DNA from: a bacterium
GTDB lineage: Bacteria > Zhuqueibacterota > Zhuqueibacteria > Residuimicrobiales > Krinioviventaceae
DNA length: 64,000 bases
Direction of reading: 5' to 3'
NCBI GenBank assembly: GCA_963675755.2
Contig: CAXXMD010000003.1
Span: 640,001 to 704,000, forward strand
The notes under the pieces were generated by a model that worked only from the letters and a program-made list of their open reading frames with translations, did no database searches and was not told the origin of the DNA. Shown piece after piece: positions 1 to 9,192 of the stretch; position 1 is the stretch's first letter; each line of letters starts with the position of its first letter. A program made the translations under genes and the position numbers.

Positions 1-192
1 TCACAAAATATATTAAGGCACATTTGTCTAAAGGGGCACTCCCCATTATTCAGACAATTTTAGGTACTTTTGGTGAAAGACCAAAGTAGCCAATTAATTT
101 TCCTCGGTCAAGTCATTTTAAATAATTTTGCGCCAGAGTTTGGTCCGCTTTAAAAGCCAGAAAGAATCCTGGGGCAGGGGTCCTAGGCTACA

Positions 193-429
193 TACTCAAT
201 CGTGTTTTTATCCGTGAGGATCTGTGTGAATCCGTGGCCGAATTGACAGATAGAAAATAGGCCACGGATCTCCACAGATCAGCACGGATTGGAATTGCTA
301 TATTGGGGATTGTTGTGCCTTGGTAAGCAAGGAGACGTTCGTGACGGAGATGATCTCCGTCACGATCAAATTCATAACATCAATTCAATCCTATAATCCT
401 TAAATCCTACAAATCTTAATTCAGACAAA
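193..429. repeat. ~236-bp direct repeat, copy 1 (composite of REP-like hairpins)
   Basis: Near-identical to 1729-1964. Contains the inverted pair ATCCGTGAGGATCTGTG..ATCCGTGGCC / GGCCACGGATCTCCACAGATCAGCACGGAT, the palindrome TCGTGACGGAGAT-G-ATCTCCGTCACGA (339-365) and AATCCT short repeats. Confidence 0.95.
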
Positions 430-522
430 AATGCGACGGTCACTGCATGGGTAGCAGTGAGACGGCGCTTAAAGATGAATACCTGGGCCACAGGTCCAGG
501 CTACGAACTACGAAATGATCAT

Positions 523-912
523 TTACTTTGAGAGTGACATAATAAAAAGTGCAATGGTTAATATAAAATAGCCCCAGATTAAAATATTACCCAAGTCATG
601 ATATTTATTATCCCATTCATCATATTCTTTTATCATTATATCAAGATTTTTATTCGGTTTTAACAATAAAAAATGAATAATTATTATAACAAAATATCCA
701 ATTAGTTGATGTATTAATGATGAATTTGCAATAGTATTCAATATAGAATAACTAGCTATTTTATTCAATATCCGTATTATACTTATAATATTGTATGATG
801 CGAAAACACTCAACAATACAATTGCACCAATATCTGCAACATCATCATCATTATAACTCCATAGCATCAAGTTATAAAGTTTTATATAAAGAATTTTATA
901 AATCTTGAACAT
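523..912 (-). CDS. Small membrane protein, putative immunity protein of the upstream Rhs toxin tip
   Basis: 129 aa with about three hydrophobic segments, very AT-rich, 11 bp downstream of the Rhs-tip ORF on the same strand. The immunity role is inferred from position. Confidence 0.6.
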   Translation of the reverse strand: MFKIYKILYIKLYNLMLWSYNDDDVADIGAIVLLSVFASYNIISIIRILNKIASYSILNTIANSSLIHQLIGYFVIIIIHFLLLKPNKNLDIMIKEYDEWDNKYHDLGNILIWGYFILTIALFIMSLSK

Positions 913-923
913 TTCTAACCTTC

Positions 924-1685
924 TTAATAATATTTAAACATTCGGGATACTCCAATACGTGCGGCATTACTCGCATCTACAGGAAATGTTTCAAGTTTTG
1001 GTCGTACTATCAAATATGAAATCGTTAAGGGGACACCAACTATAGGGCTTGACAAAGTTGATACTGTAGAAATTCCAATATCTAACACACCAAGCCCAAT
1101 ACCATAATAATCATTGTTATTGTAACTTGTAGATATTTGATAGCCACCACTAATTAAACCGAAACTATATCCAACAAGACCAACACCTTTTAAAAATCTT
1201 ATCGAAGGATAATACTTAAAATCTGTAATTTGAGTTAAATTAAGCTCATGAGCCGACATTAATACTCCACCATTGATGCCTATGAAATTACTTATAGCTC
1301 CAGTGATTTCCCCCGCATCCGGGAAATCACGGCAAATACTTTGATAATAAACTGATTCTGCTGTCAAACCTAGCGAAGGTCCGGTCTTATTATTATAAAG
1401 ACCAGGATTATTACTATTTCTACTAGAATAACTATCTAACGATTGTGTCATTGCATCTAAAATATATATATAATTCCAATTTACTGGTCTATCTGCTTCA
1501 ACTATAATATCATCAGTTTCATAAAATTGATAATCTCCTATTTGTTTTGTCTCCAACCCGTTTGGGTCTATCAGTCTTAACGGGTTATTCATCGTATAAT
1601 TATACGGACTCAACCCCGGATACTTCATTGCCAACGGATCAACGCTGATAAACGGCCCCACTACCGGATCATTACTAAACATCAT
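924..1685 (-). CDS. Orphan Rhs-repeat-associated core fragment with C-terminal putative toxin domain
   Basis: N-terminus DPVVGPFISVDPLAMKYPGLSPYNYTMNNPLRLIDPNG matches the Rhs core end (DPxxGRFxSxDP...PYxYxxNNPxxxxDPxG). The tail is Gly-rich and hydrophobic. No Rhs body lies upstream. Confidence 0.85.
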   Translation of the reverse strand: MMFSNDPVVGPFISVDPLAMKYPGLSPYNYTMNNPLRLIDPNGLETKQIGDYQFYETDDIIVEADRPVNWNYIYILDAMTQSLDSYSSRNSNNPGLYNNKTGPSLGLTAESVYYQSICRDFPDAGEITGAISNFIGINGGVLMSAHELNLTQITDFKYYPSIRFLKGVGLVGYSFGLISGGYQISTSYNNNDYYGIGLGVLDIGISTVSTLSSPIVGVPLTISYLIVRPKLETFPVDASNAARIGVSRMFKYY

Positions 1686-1728
1686 CGTATTGCATCATAA
1701 CCAAAATAACGCAAAAAAGCAAACATTT

Positions 1729-1964
1729 TACTCAATCGTGTTTTTATCCGTGAGGATCTGTGTAAATCCGTGGCCGAATTGACAGATAGAAAATAGGCCA
1801 CTGATCTCCACAGATCAGCACGGATTGGAATCGCTATATTGGGGATTGTAGTGTCTTGGTAAGCAAGGAGACGATCGTGACGAGATGATCTCCGTCACGA
1901 TCAAATTCATAACATCAATTCAATCCTATCATCCTTTAATCCTACAAATCATAATTCTGACAAA
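1729..1964. repeat. ~236-bp direct repeat, copy 2
   Basis: Aligns with 193-429 with scattered substitutions and a 1-nt deletion in the palindrome at 1875-1900. Confidence 0.95.
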
Positions 1965-2190
1965 GAAAACATCAAAACTTTGGGGAATACAGTAAACCAA
2001 CACTCGAGCAAAAATCTTTTCATATACTCTTGCATTCTGTTGCCCAATATAGACCAGGTATGCTCAATTCATCAAGAAATTTCAATTATCAATTGTTTTT
2101 TCAAGATGTATCCCTTATTTTTAAATAACCTGAATCTGAAATTTCCAAGTACAGTTGAATATATAAAATTTAAAAAATAAGGAGTTACAA

Positions 2191-3828
2191 TTGAGTCAAA
2201 ATAAACTTGCCGGCATGCCTGCTCCACGGGAATTACTGGTCAACATTCCCGGACTTGTTTCTGCTTATTATACATATGAACCCGACATTGAAAATCCCTC
2301 AAACCTGGTCTCCTTTGGCACATCAGGACACCGTGGTTCTTCATTAAAAAAAACCTTTACAGAATCGCATATCCTTGCTGTTTCACAAGCCATTTGTGAA
2401 TACAGAAATCAAAATAATATAAAGGGCCCCATTTTCATCGGAAAGGATACCCACGCACTGTCTGAGGCAGCCTTTGCAACAGCGCTTCAGGTTTTTGCGG
2501 CAAATGACCTGCAAGTAATCATTCAAAAAGGTCTTGGATTCACACCCACCCCCGTCATCTCTCATGCTATTCTAAATTTCAACAAGGGCAGAACCTCAGG
2601 TCTGGCGGATGGGGTTGTTATAACACCCTCGCACAATCCACCAGAAGATGGAGGATTCAAATACAATCCACCTAATGGCGGCCCTGCAGACACGGCAACT
2701 ACAAGTGTAATAGAAAAACGCGCCAACGAAATCCTGAAAAAAGGTTTAAAAGATGTTAAACGCATGCTCTACGAAAAAGCGCTAAAAGCAGAAAATGTAC
2801 AACATCTTGATCTCGTACATCCCTATGTAAATGATCTGGCAAACATCGTTGATATGGAAGCCATCCAATCTGCCGGATTAAAAATTGGTGTTGATCCCAT
2901 GGGTGGTGCCGGTATTGCCTATTGGGAACCGATTGCTGAGAAATACAAGCTCAATATAGAAAACGTGAATCCCTATGTAGATCCAACCTTTTCTTTTATG
3001 ACATTGGACAAAGATGGAAAAATCCGTATGGATTGTTCATCGCCCTATGCTATGGCAGGTCTGATAAAACTGAAAGAAAAGTTCGACATTGCATTTGGTA
3101 ATGACCCGGATTATGACAGACACGGCATTGTAACCCAAAGCAGTGGATTGATGAACCCCAATCACTATCTTGCGGTTGCCATTTGGTACTTGTTCCAAAA
3201 TCGTCCGGAATGGCGGCAGGATGCTGCAATTGGTAAAACTCTGGTTTCCAGTTCAATGCTTGACCGTGTGGCAGCTCATCTTGAGCGGAAAATTTCCGAA
3301 GTACCGGTCGGTTTCAAATGGTTTGTTGATGGACTCATTGATGGATCTTATGGCTTTGGTGGTGAAGAAAGCGCGGGGGCTTCTTTTCTACGTAAGAATG
3401 GAACAACATGGACAACAGATAAAGACGGTATTATAATGGACCTGTTAGCTGCCGAAATTTTAGCCAAAACCGAACGGGATCCCGGCGAGATCTACCAGTC
3501 CCTTGAAGCTCAATTCGGATCACCGGTTTATGAACGCATAGACGCGCCGGCAACCAAAGCACAAAAAGAAATATTGAAAAACCTGACCCCGGACCAGCTT
3601 AAAGCCAGCGAATTTGCGGGTGAACCCATTTTGCAAAAATTAACTCATGCACCCGGCAATAACGCTGCAATTGGCGGATTAAAAGTCGTTACCGAAAATG
3701 GCTGGTTTGCAGCTCGTCCTTCCGGAACAGAAGAAATTTATAAAATATATGCCGAAAGTTTCAAAGGTAAAGCGCATTTAGAAAAAATTCAGAATGAAGC
3801 AAAATCCCTTGTTGCGTCTGTTTTTTAG
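2191..3828 (+). CDS. pgm: Phosphoglucomutase (alpha-D-glucose-1,6-bisphosphate-dependent)
   Basis: [15 protein letters not shown] phosphoserine loop, DPDYDRH metal loop, GGEESAG, RPSGTE. TTG start with AGGAG RBS. Confidence 0.97.
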   Translation: MSQNKLAGMPAPRELLVNIPGLVSAYYTYEPDIENPSNLVSFGTSGHRGSSLKKTFTESHILAVSQAICEYRNQNNIKGPIFIGKDTHALSEAAFATALQVFAANDLQVIIQKGLGFTPTPVISHAILNFNKGRTSGLADGVVITPSHNPPEDGGFKYNPPNGGPADTATTSVIEKRANEILKKGLKDVKRMLYEKALKAENVQHLDLVHPYVNDLANIVDMEAIQSAGLKIGVDPMGGAGIAYWEPIAEKYKLNIENVNPYVDPTFSFMTLDKDGKIRMDCSSPYAMAGLIKLKEKFDIAFGNDPDYDRHGIVTQSSGLMNPNHYLAVAIWYLFQNRPEWRQDAAIGKTLVSSSMLDRVAAHLERKISEVPVGFKWFVDGLIDGSYGFGGEESAGASFLRKNGTTWTTDKDGIIMDLLAAEILAKTERDPGEIYQSLEAQFGSPVYERIDAPATKAQKEILKNLTPDQLKASEFAGEPILQKLTHAPGNNAAIGGLKVVTENGWFAARPSGTEEIYKIYAESFKGKAHLEKIQNEAKSLVASVF

Positions 3829-3862
3829 AGATAAATAAATGAACCCATTAAATACATTATAA

Positions 3863-3889
3863 AAAGGCCCTTTTTTGAAAAGGGCCTTT
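3863..3889 (+). terminator. Intrinsic terminator hairpin after pgm
   Basis: AAAGGCCCTTTT-ttg-AAAAGGGCCTTT inverted repeat 35 bp after the stop codon. Confidence 0.75.
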
Positions 3890-4234
3890 CCCCTACAAGA
3901 ATACAACCCAAATATAAAACCAAAAAATTTAATTTAAGCATTATAGCATAAGCTATTTGGATTTAAAATTCTTTTTGCTTGCTTTTCTTCTATATAAATT
4001 GTTAATTAGGATATTATTATAAAAATTTTATTATATTCAAATATGTATGGTAATTTGAGTATAATTTTTTAAATAAAATAAATTTATTTGCACTATGGTA
4101 AAGAAATATTAATTGTATATTTTTTTGCGGCCTTTCTCCAGCCTTTATTTATATTATCCTAACATTTGTTAATAAATATTGTATAAAGAAAAATTAAAAA
4201 ATCATTAATAATATTCTGTACATTTAAAAATTTT

Positions 4235-4248
4235 TATAAACGTTTATA
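4235..4248. promoter_or_regulatory. Candidate LacI-family operator (autoregulation)
   Basis: Perfect palindrome TATAAACGTTTATA with a central CG, upstream of the LacI gene and related to the operator at 8914-8929. The AT-rich context lowers its significance. Confidence 0.5.
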
Positions 4249-4384
4249 TGTAACTTTTTTGAAACAGACATTGATTTAAAAAACACAAAAAGTTAATGAG
4301 CAACTAGAAAAAATTTGTAAATCCCGATTCTTTTAAATAGATATTTATAGTTTACTGGTTATCAATTGGTGAATAAATTTTATT

Positions 4385-5401
4385 ATGCAAAACAAAAGCA
4401 CAATTAAAGATATTGCAAAACAACTTGGGGTTTCAACCTCACTTGTATCATTTGTTCTCAATGGTAAAAGTAAAGAAAAAAGAATTAGCGATGAAATGAC
4501 AGCCAAAGTCTTAAAAGTTGCTAAAAAAATGAATTACACTCCAAATTATCTTGCAAAAAGTTTAAGACATGGCAAGTCAAGAACTTTAGGACTCATAGTA
4601 GCTGACATATCAAATCCATTTTTTGCAAACCTGACCCGACATATCGAAATTGAAGCATTTAAATATAACTATCATGTTATTTTGGGCAACTCGGATGAGA
4701 ATTTATCAAAATTTTCCAACCAATTAAAAGTTTTAAAAAATGGCCAGGTCGATGGATTTATTATTACGCCGCCTCATGGAAGTGAAAAGGAAATAATTGA
4801 ATTACAAGAACAAAACATACCTTTTGTTATTATAGACAGAATATTTAACATACCTAATACACATTCGGTAATGATTGATAATCATAAAGCAAGTTATAAA
4901 GCCACAGAACGCCTGTTAGCTAATAATAGAAAAAATATTGCCCTTATTAATATAATCCCAGAATTGATTCATATGAAGCAACGAGAAGATGGTTTTCTTG
5001 ATGCTTTAAAAGACAATGGAATTCCTATAAACCACTCTATTATCAAACATCTTGATTTCAGCCATCAAAAAGATGTTTTAATGGAAGCGATCAAAGATGT
5101 TATTCAAAAACAAGCCGATGCAATTCTATTTACCACCAATAAACTCGGGCTTATGGGTGTAGAATGTCTGAAAGAATTGAATGTAGATATTTCCAACAAA
5201 ATGTCAGTTATCAGTTATGATGATCCTATAGCATTCAAGGTATCATATACACCAATCAGCGCAATTGTACAGCCCATTGAGCAAATGAGTAAAGATGCGG
5301 TTCGAATATTAATGAATACAATTGAAAACAAGTACAATGGTGATATAATAGAAAATATTGAACTGGATGTTGATTTTATTTTCAGGGCATCATGTAAATA
5401 A
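4385..5401 (+). CDS. LacI-family transcriptional regulator
   Basis: TIKDIAKQLGVSTSLVSFVLNG HTH, YTPNYLAKSL hinge, ADISNPFF sugar-binding domain. Confidence 0.97.
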   Translation: MQNKSTIKDIAKQLGVSTSLVSFVLNGKSKEKRISDEMTAKVLKVAKKMNYTPNYLAKSLRHGKSRTLGLIVADISNPFFANLTRHIEIEAFKYNYHVILGNSDENLSKFSNQLKVLKNGQVDGFIITPPHGSEKEIIELQEQNIPFVIIDRIFNIPNTHSVMIDNHKASYKATERLLANNRKNIALINIIPELIHMKQREDGFLDALKDNGIPINHSIIKHLDFSHQKDVLMEAIKDVIQKQADAILFTTNKLGLMGVECLKELNVDISNKMSVISYDDPIAFKVSYTPISAIVQPIEQMSKDAVRILMNTIENKYNGDIIENIELDVDFIFRASCK

Positions 5402-5664
5402 TACTACCAACTCTTGATTTCCCATTTTTGACAGTCTACCTGTAAATTCATATTATCTTTAACAAGAATCTAACCTTTTCCTCTCCGAATATCGGTTTTT
5501 CAAATTTCCGGAATAAATCCAGGGGATTAAACTATACTTGTTTTTTTGGGCGAATTTTACTATGTTTTTCTACTCTGAATATTAACGTGACACTGTTTAT
5601 ATTCTATGGATATTATGACTGATGTGCTTTTGCATTTATTAAATTGATATATGAGTAATGCATA

Positions 5665-8481
5665 ATGGTAATATTGAAAAAAAATTATTTATTATTTATC
5701 TTGATAATTCTTTTGGGGGGCTGTTCAAAAGATTTTTCCCCTGATAAAAACAAAAAATATTTTGTGGGTTTTTCTCAATGCGTAAGTAATGATCTATGGC
5801 GTCAGTCCATGAATTATGAGATAAAGCTTGAAGCATCATTACATCCTGAAATTGAACTTTTAATTCTAGATGGCCAATCTAACAATCAAAAACAAATCAA
5901 TGACATTACTTATTTGATTGATCAGCAAGTTGATTTGTTAATTGTTTCCCCAAATGAAGCTGAGCCTCTAACGCCTATTGTGGAAAAAGCTTACAAAAGT
6001 GGAATTCCGGTAATCTTGCTGGACCGGAAAATTAACAGCGATTTATACAATACCTATATTGGCGCAGATAATTATGCAATTGGTTTTGAAGCCGGTTTAT
6101 ATGCAGTAAATCAATTAAAAAATGGCGGCAAGATATACGAAATTTGTGGATTGGCCGGTTCTTCACCCAGTTATGATAGACATGCAGGTTTTGCAGATGC
6201 TTTAAAATACAATGAAAACATTGAACTTTTGAAAAGTCAATATCACGATTGGGTAATAAAAGACACTCTTCAATTTCAGGAACTTTTATTCAATGAATTA
6301 AAAAAACACCCAAATATAAACATGATATATGGTCATAATGATGGATTGGCTGCTGGAGCCTTTATAGCGCTGAATAAAATGAACATGGCGCAAAAGATAA
6401 AATTTATTGGTATTGATGCCTTGCCCGGAGAAGGTGGTGGCCTTCAAATGGTATTGAATAAAGTCCTAGATGCCTCTTTTCTTTATCCAACAGGTGGGGA
6501 TGTTGCAATTCAAACAGCATTTAAAATATTAATTGGAGATACTGTTGATAAAAATATAAGCCTGGAATCTGTTCTTGTTGATTCAACAAATGCAAGATTG
6601 TTGCAAATAAAATCAGATCAAATCCATAATATCCGATCAAAAATTGAAACTCAAAATCAAATCTTGAACAGGCTATTCATTCAATACAATTCGCAGCGAT
6701 ATTTTGTTTTTACACTTGTTACAGCAATTTTTTTGCTGGCGGCTTTTCTTTTTTTACTGTTCCGTTCTTTACAGATCAATAAAATGATGAATCGTAAATT
6801 AAATGAAAAAAATCTGGCAATTGAAGAACATTTAATTGAACTTGAAAAGCAGCGTGACGAGTTATATCAGATGCAAGAAACTGTAAAAAAAGCGAATGAA
6901 TTTAAAATTCAATTTTTCACAAACATCTCTCATGAATTCCGAACTCCTCTTACTCTTATTTTAGGGACACTGGATCAATTAAAAAAACTAAACATCAAAG
7001 ACAATTATATTACCAAACAGTTGAATATTTTAAACAAAAACGCTGAAAGATTATTAAAGCTCATTAACGAATTAATGAACTTTAGAAAAATAGAAGCTCA
7101 AAAAGTCTCTCTAAATATTTATGAGCATGATATTGTAAGTTTCTTAAAAGATATATTAATATTCTTTGAAGGCTCGGCAGAAACAAAAAATATTAAATTA
7201 AACTTTTTTGCTCAACATGAACAAATGAATGTTTTTATTGATGCTATAAAATTTGAAAAAGTTATTTTTAATCTTCTTTCAAACGCTTTTAAATTCACCC
7301 CAGACAATGGAGAGATTACTCTATGTGTTATATATAATGAATGCATTGAAGATAATATTAGATGCATCGAAATTAGTGTTAAAGATACTGGTATTGGTAT
7401 ACCTGAGAATGAACTTGAACTTATATTTGAGCAGTTTCATAATATTGACCAAAATGGATATTCTTCAATAACAAGTACAGGTATAGGATTAGCCTTTAGC
7501 AAGAGAATAGTGACACTGCATCATGGAAACATAAGTGTAAAAAGTGAGGTCAATAAAGGCAGCACATTTACCATTCAACTGCCTTCTAATGCTGCTGCAT
7601 ATAAAAACAATGAAATCATAAATGATATGGCGGCTTTTAATTCCTTTGAGCACCTTGTTTCTGAGGAATTAGATAATTTACCGGAGCAAACTGTCAATCA
7701 AATAAATGTTATTGAAGATAATGCAGAAGTATTACTCGTTGTTGAGGACAATAAAGATGTTGTCCAGATGTTGAAAGATAATTTTGTCAAAGATTTTGAG
7801 ATCATTACAGCATACAATGGCAAAGAGGGTCTCGCATTAGCAAAAAAATATAAACCCAATATTATTATTAGCGATATAATGATGCCCATAATGGATGGCA
7901 ATGAGATGACAAAGTTATTAAAATCTGATATTGATACAAGCCACATTCCTATAATTTTACTCTCTGCCAAAACTACTGAAGAAAATAAAATAGAAGGTCT
8001 TGAATGCGGTGCTGATTATTATATCACAAAGCCATTCAACTTTAAAATCCTTGAATTAAAATTAAAAAATATCATAAAAAACAGAGAGAAAATTAAAGAA
8101 CATTTTTCCAAAGATATTCTGTTCTTTAAAAATGAACCACGGATCAAAGATCTTGACAAAGCGTTTCTTCAAAAAGTAATTGCACAGGCGGAAATGCAAA
8201 TATTGGATTCAAATTTATCTGTTGAAAATTTGGGTAAAACATTTGGAATGAACCGGCTTACTTTTTATCGAAAAATCAAAACAATTACAGGTCTTGCTCC
8301 AAGTGAATTTATAAAAACCATTCAGCTGCACAAAGCATCTGATCTTTTGAAAAATTCAGACTTGACCATTTCTGAAATTGCTTTCAAAGTTGGTTTTGAA
8401 ACCCCTTCATATTTTACAAAATGTTTTAAAAATGTCTTTAAAGTAAAACCTTCAGAATACCAGAAAAATTTTAACAATTAA
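5665..8481 (+). CDS. Hybrid two-component system (periplasmic sugar-binding domain, His kinase, receiver, AraC HTH), BT1754-like architecture
   Basis: RbsB-like sensor (GFSQC..WR, GADNY, HNDG, GIDA), one TM, NISHEFRTPLTLI H-box, NLLSNAFKFT, DTGIGI, SDIMMP receiver, ISEIAFKVGFETPSYFTKCFK. Confidence 0.95.
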   Translation: MVILKKNYLLFILIILLGGCSKDFSPDKNKKYFVGFSQCVSNDLWRQSMNYEIKLEASLHPEIELLILDGQSNNQKQINDITYLIDQQVDLLIVSPNEAEPLTPIVEKAYKSGIPVILLDRKINSDLYNTYIGADNYAIGFEAGLYAVNQLKNGGKIYEICGLAGSSPSYDRHAGFADALKYNENIELLKSQYHDWVIKDTLQFQELLFNELKKHPNINMIYGHNDGLAAGAFIALNKMNMAQKIKFIGIDALPGEGGGLQMVLNKVLDASFLYPTGGDVAIQTAFKILIGDTVDKNISLESVLVDSTNARLLQIKSDQIHNIRSKIETQNQILNRLFIQYNSQRYFVFTLVTAIFLLAAFLFLLFRSLQINKMMNRKLNEKNLAIEEHLIELEKQRDELYQMQETVKKANEFKIQFFTNISHEFRTPLTLILGTLDQLKKLNIKDNYITKQLNILNKNAERLLKLINELMNFRKIEAQKVSLNIYEHDIVSFLKDILIFFEGSAETKNIKLNFFAQHEQMNVFIDAIKFEKVIFNLLSNAFKFTPDNGEITLCVIYNECIEDNIRCIEISVKDTGIGIPENELELIFEQFHNIDQNGYSSITSTGIGLAFSKRIVTLHHGNISVKSEVNKGSTFTIQLPSNAAAYKNNEIINDMAAFNSFEHLVSEELDNLPEQTVNQINVIEDNAEVLLVVEDNKDVVQMLKDNFVKDFEIITAYNGKEGLALAKKYKPNIIISDIMMPIMDGNEMTKLLKSDIDTSHIPIILLSAKTTEENKIEGLECGADYYITKPFNFKILELKLKNIIKNREKIKEHFSKDILFFKNEPRIKDLDKAFLQKVIAQAEMQILDSNLSVENLGKTFGMNRLTFYRKIKTITGLAPSEFIKTIQLHKASDLLKNSDLTISEIAFKVGFETPSYFTKCFKNVFKVKPSEYQKNFNN

Positions 8482-8683
8482 TTTTAGCTTTTCGCAAACT
8501 CTTCCCAGAGCGACATGTGTTTTCTGATGCATGTATTGCAACTATTTATACAAAACTCTATTTCCATCCTCACACTTTTCCTGCTGTGATTATTAATCCA
8601 TCAAATAACGAAAATTTTAAAAGATAAAGTTTAGTGGATTAATAAAAAACGATTCAATCCCTGTTCAAAAGAACATTTTTCAA

Positions 8684-8716
8684 AATTGATACATCTCTTG
8701 CAGTAATTGATACATC
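8684..8716 (+). promoter_or_regulatory. Candidate HTCS/AraC activator binding site
   Basis: Exact 12-bp direct repeat AATTGATACATC at 8684 and 8705 (21-bp period, two helical turns), upstream of the TonB receptor operon. Confidence 0.7.
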
Positions 8717-8913
8717 CATTCTATTTGATTTATTTAAAAAATATTATCTTAATCATAAAAATTACCGCATTGAAGCAAGCTTATAATTAACATTGTATTT
8801 CATTTGCCTGATTTTTAATAAAAACATTTTAATATGTAATAATCACCATGAGCAATATAGTTTCTATAAATAAAAATTTGATTTTGTTGTAATAAAATTT
8901 TTTTAACTATTTT

Positions 8914-8929
8914 GCTAAAACGTTTTAGC
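8914..8929. promoter_or_regulatory. LacI-family operator
   Basis: Perfect 16-bp palindrome GCTAAAACGTTTTAGC with a central CG, between the HTCS gene and the TonB receptor. Confidence 0.8.
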
Positions 8930-9192
8930 TTTTATGTTTTATCATTGGCTTTTAATCAACACACAAGGTAGACAATCTTAAATATGAGTCCAGCATAATC
9001 AAGATCTTTTTGTTATGCAGAATAAAAGCTACAAATCAAAGACGCTGTTAAATAGCTTTTTGAATTATTTAACCGCCCCTTTTTTATAATAAATATTTAA
9101 TGATTAATAGTGTATATCAATATTTTCGAGGAGTAAAATGGAAATCAATAAAGAATATAGAATGAAAAAAAGAATAAGGAAAGGATTGGTTT

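Noticed and set aside
193-1964. Integron attC sites or composite-transposon ends
   Set aside because: I found no clear RYYYAAC...GTTRRRY box pair, transposase or terminal inverted repeats. Kept only as REP-like direct repeats.
1980-2180. 66-aa ORF upstream of pgm
   Set aside because: TTG start, no RBS and no motifs. Probably the promoter region.
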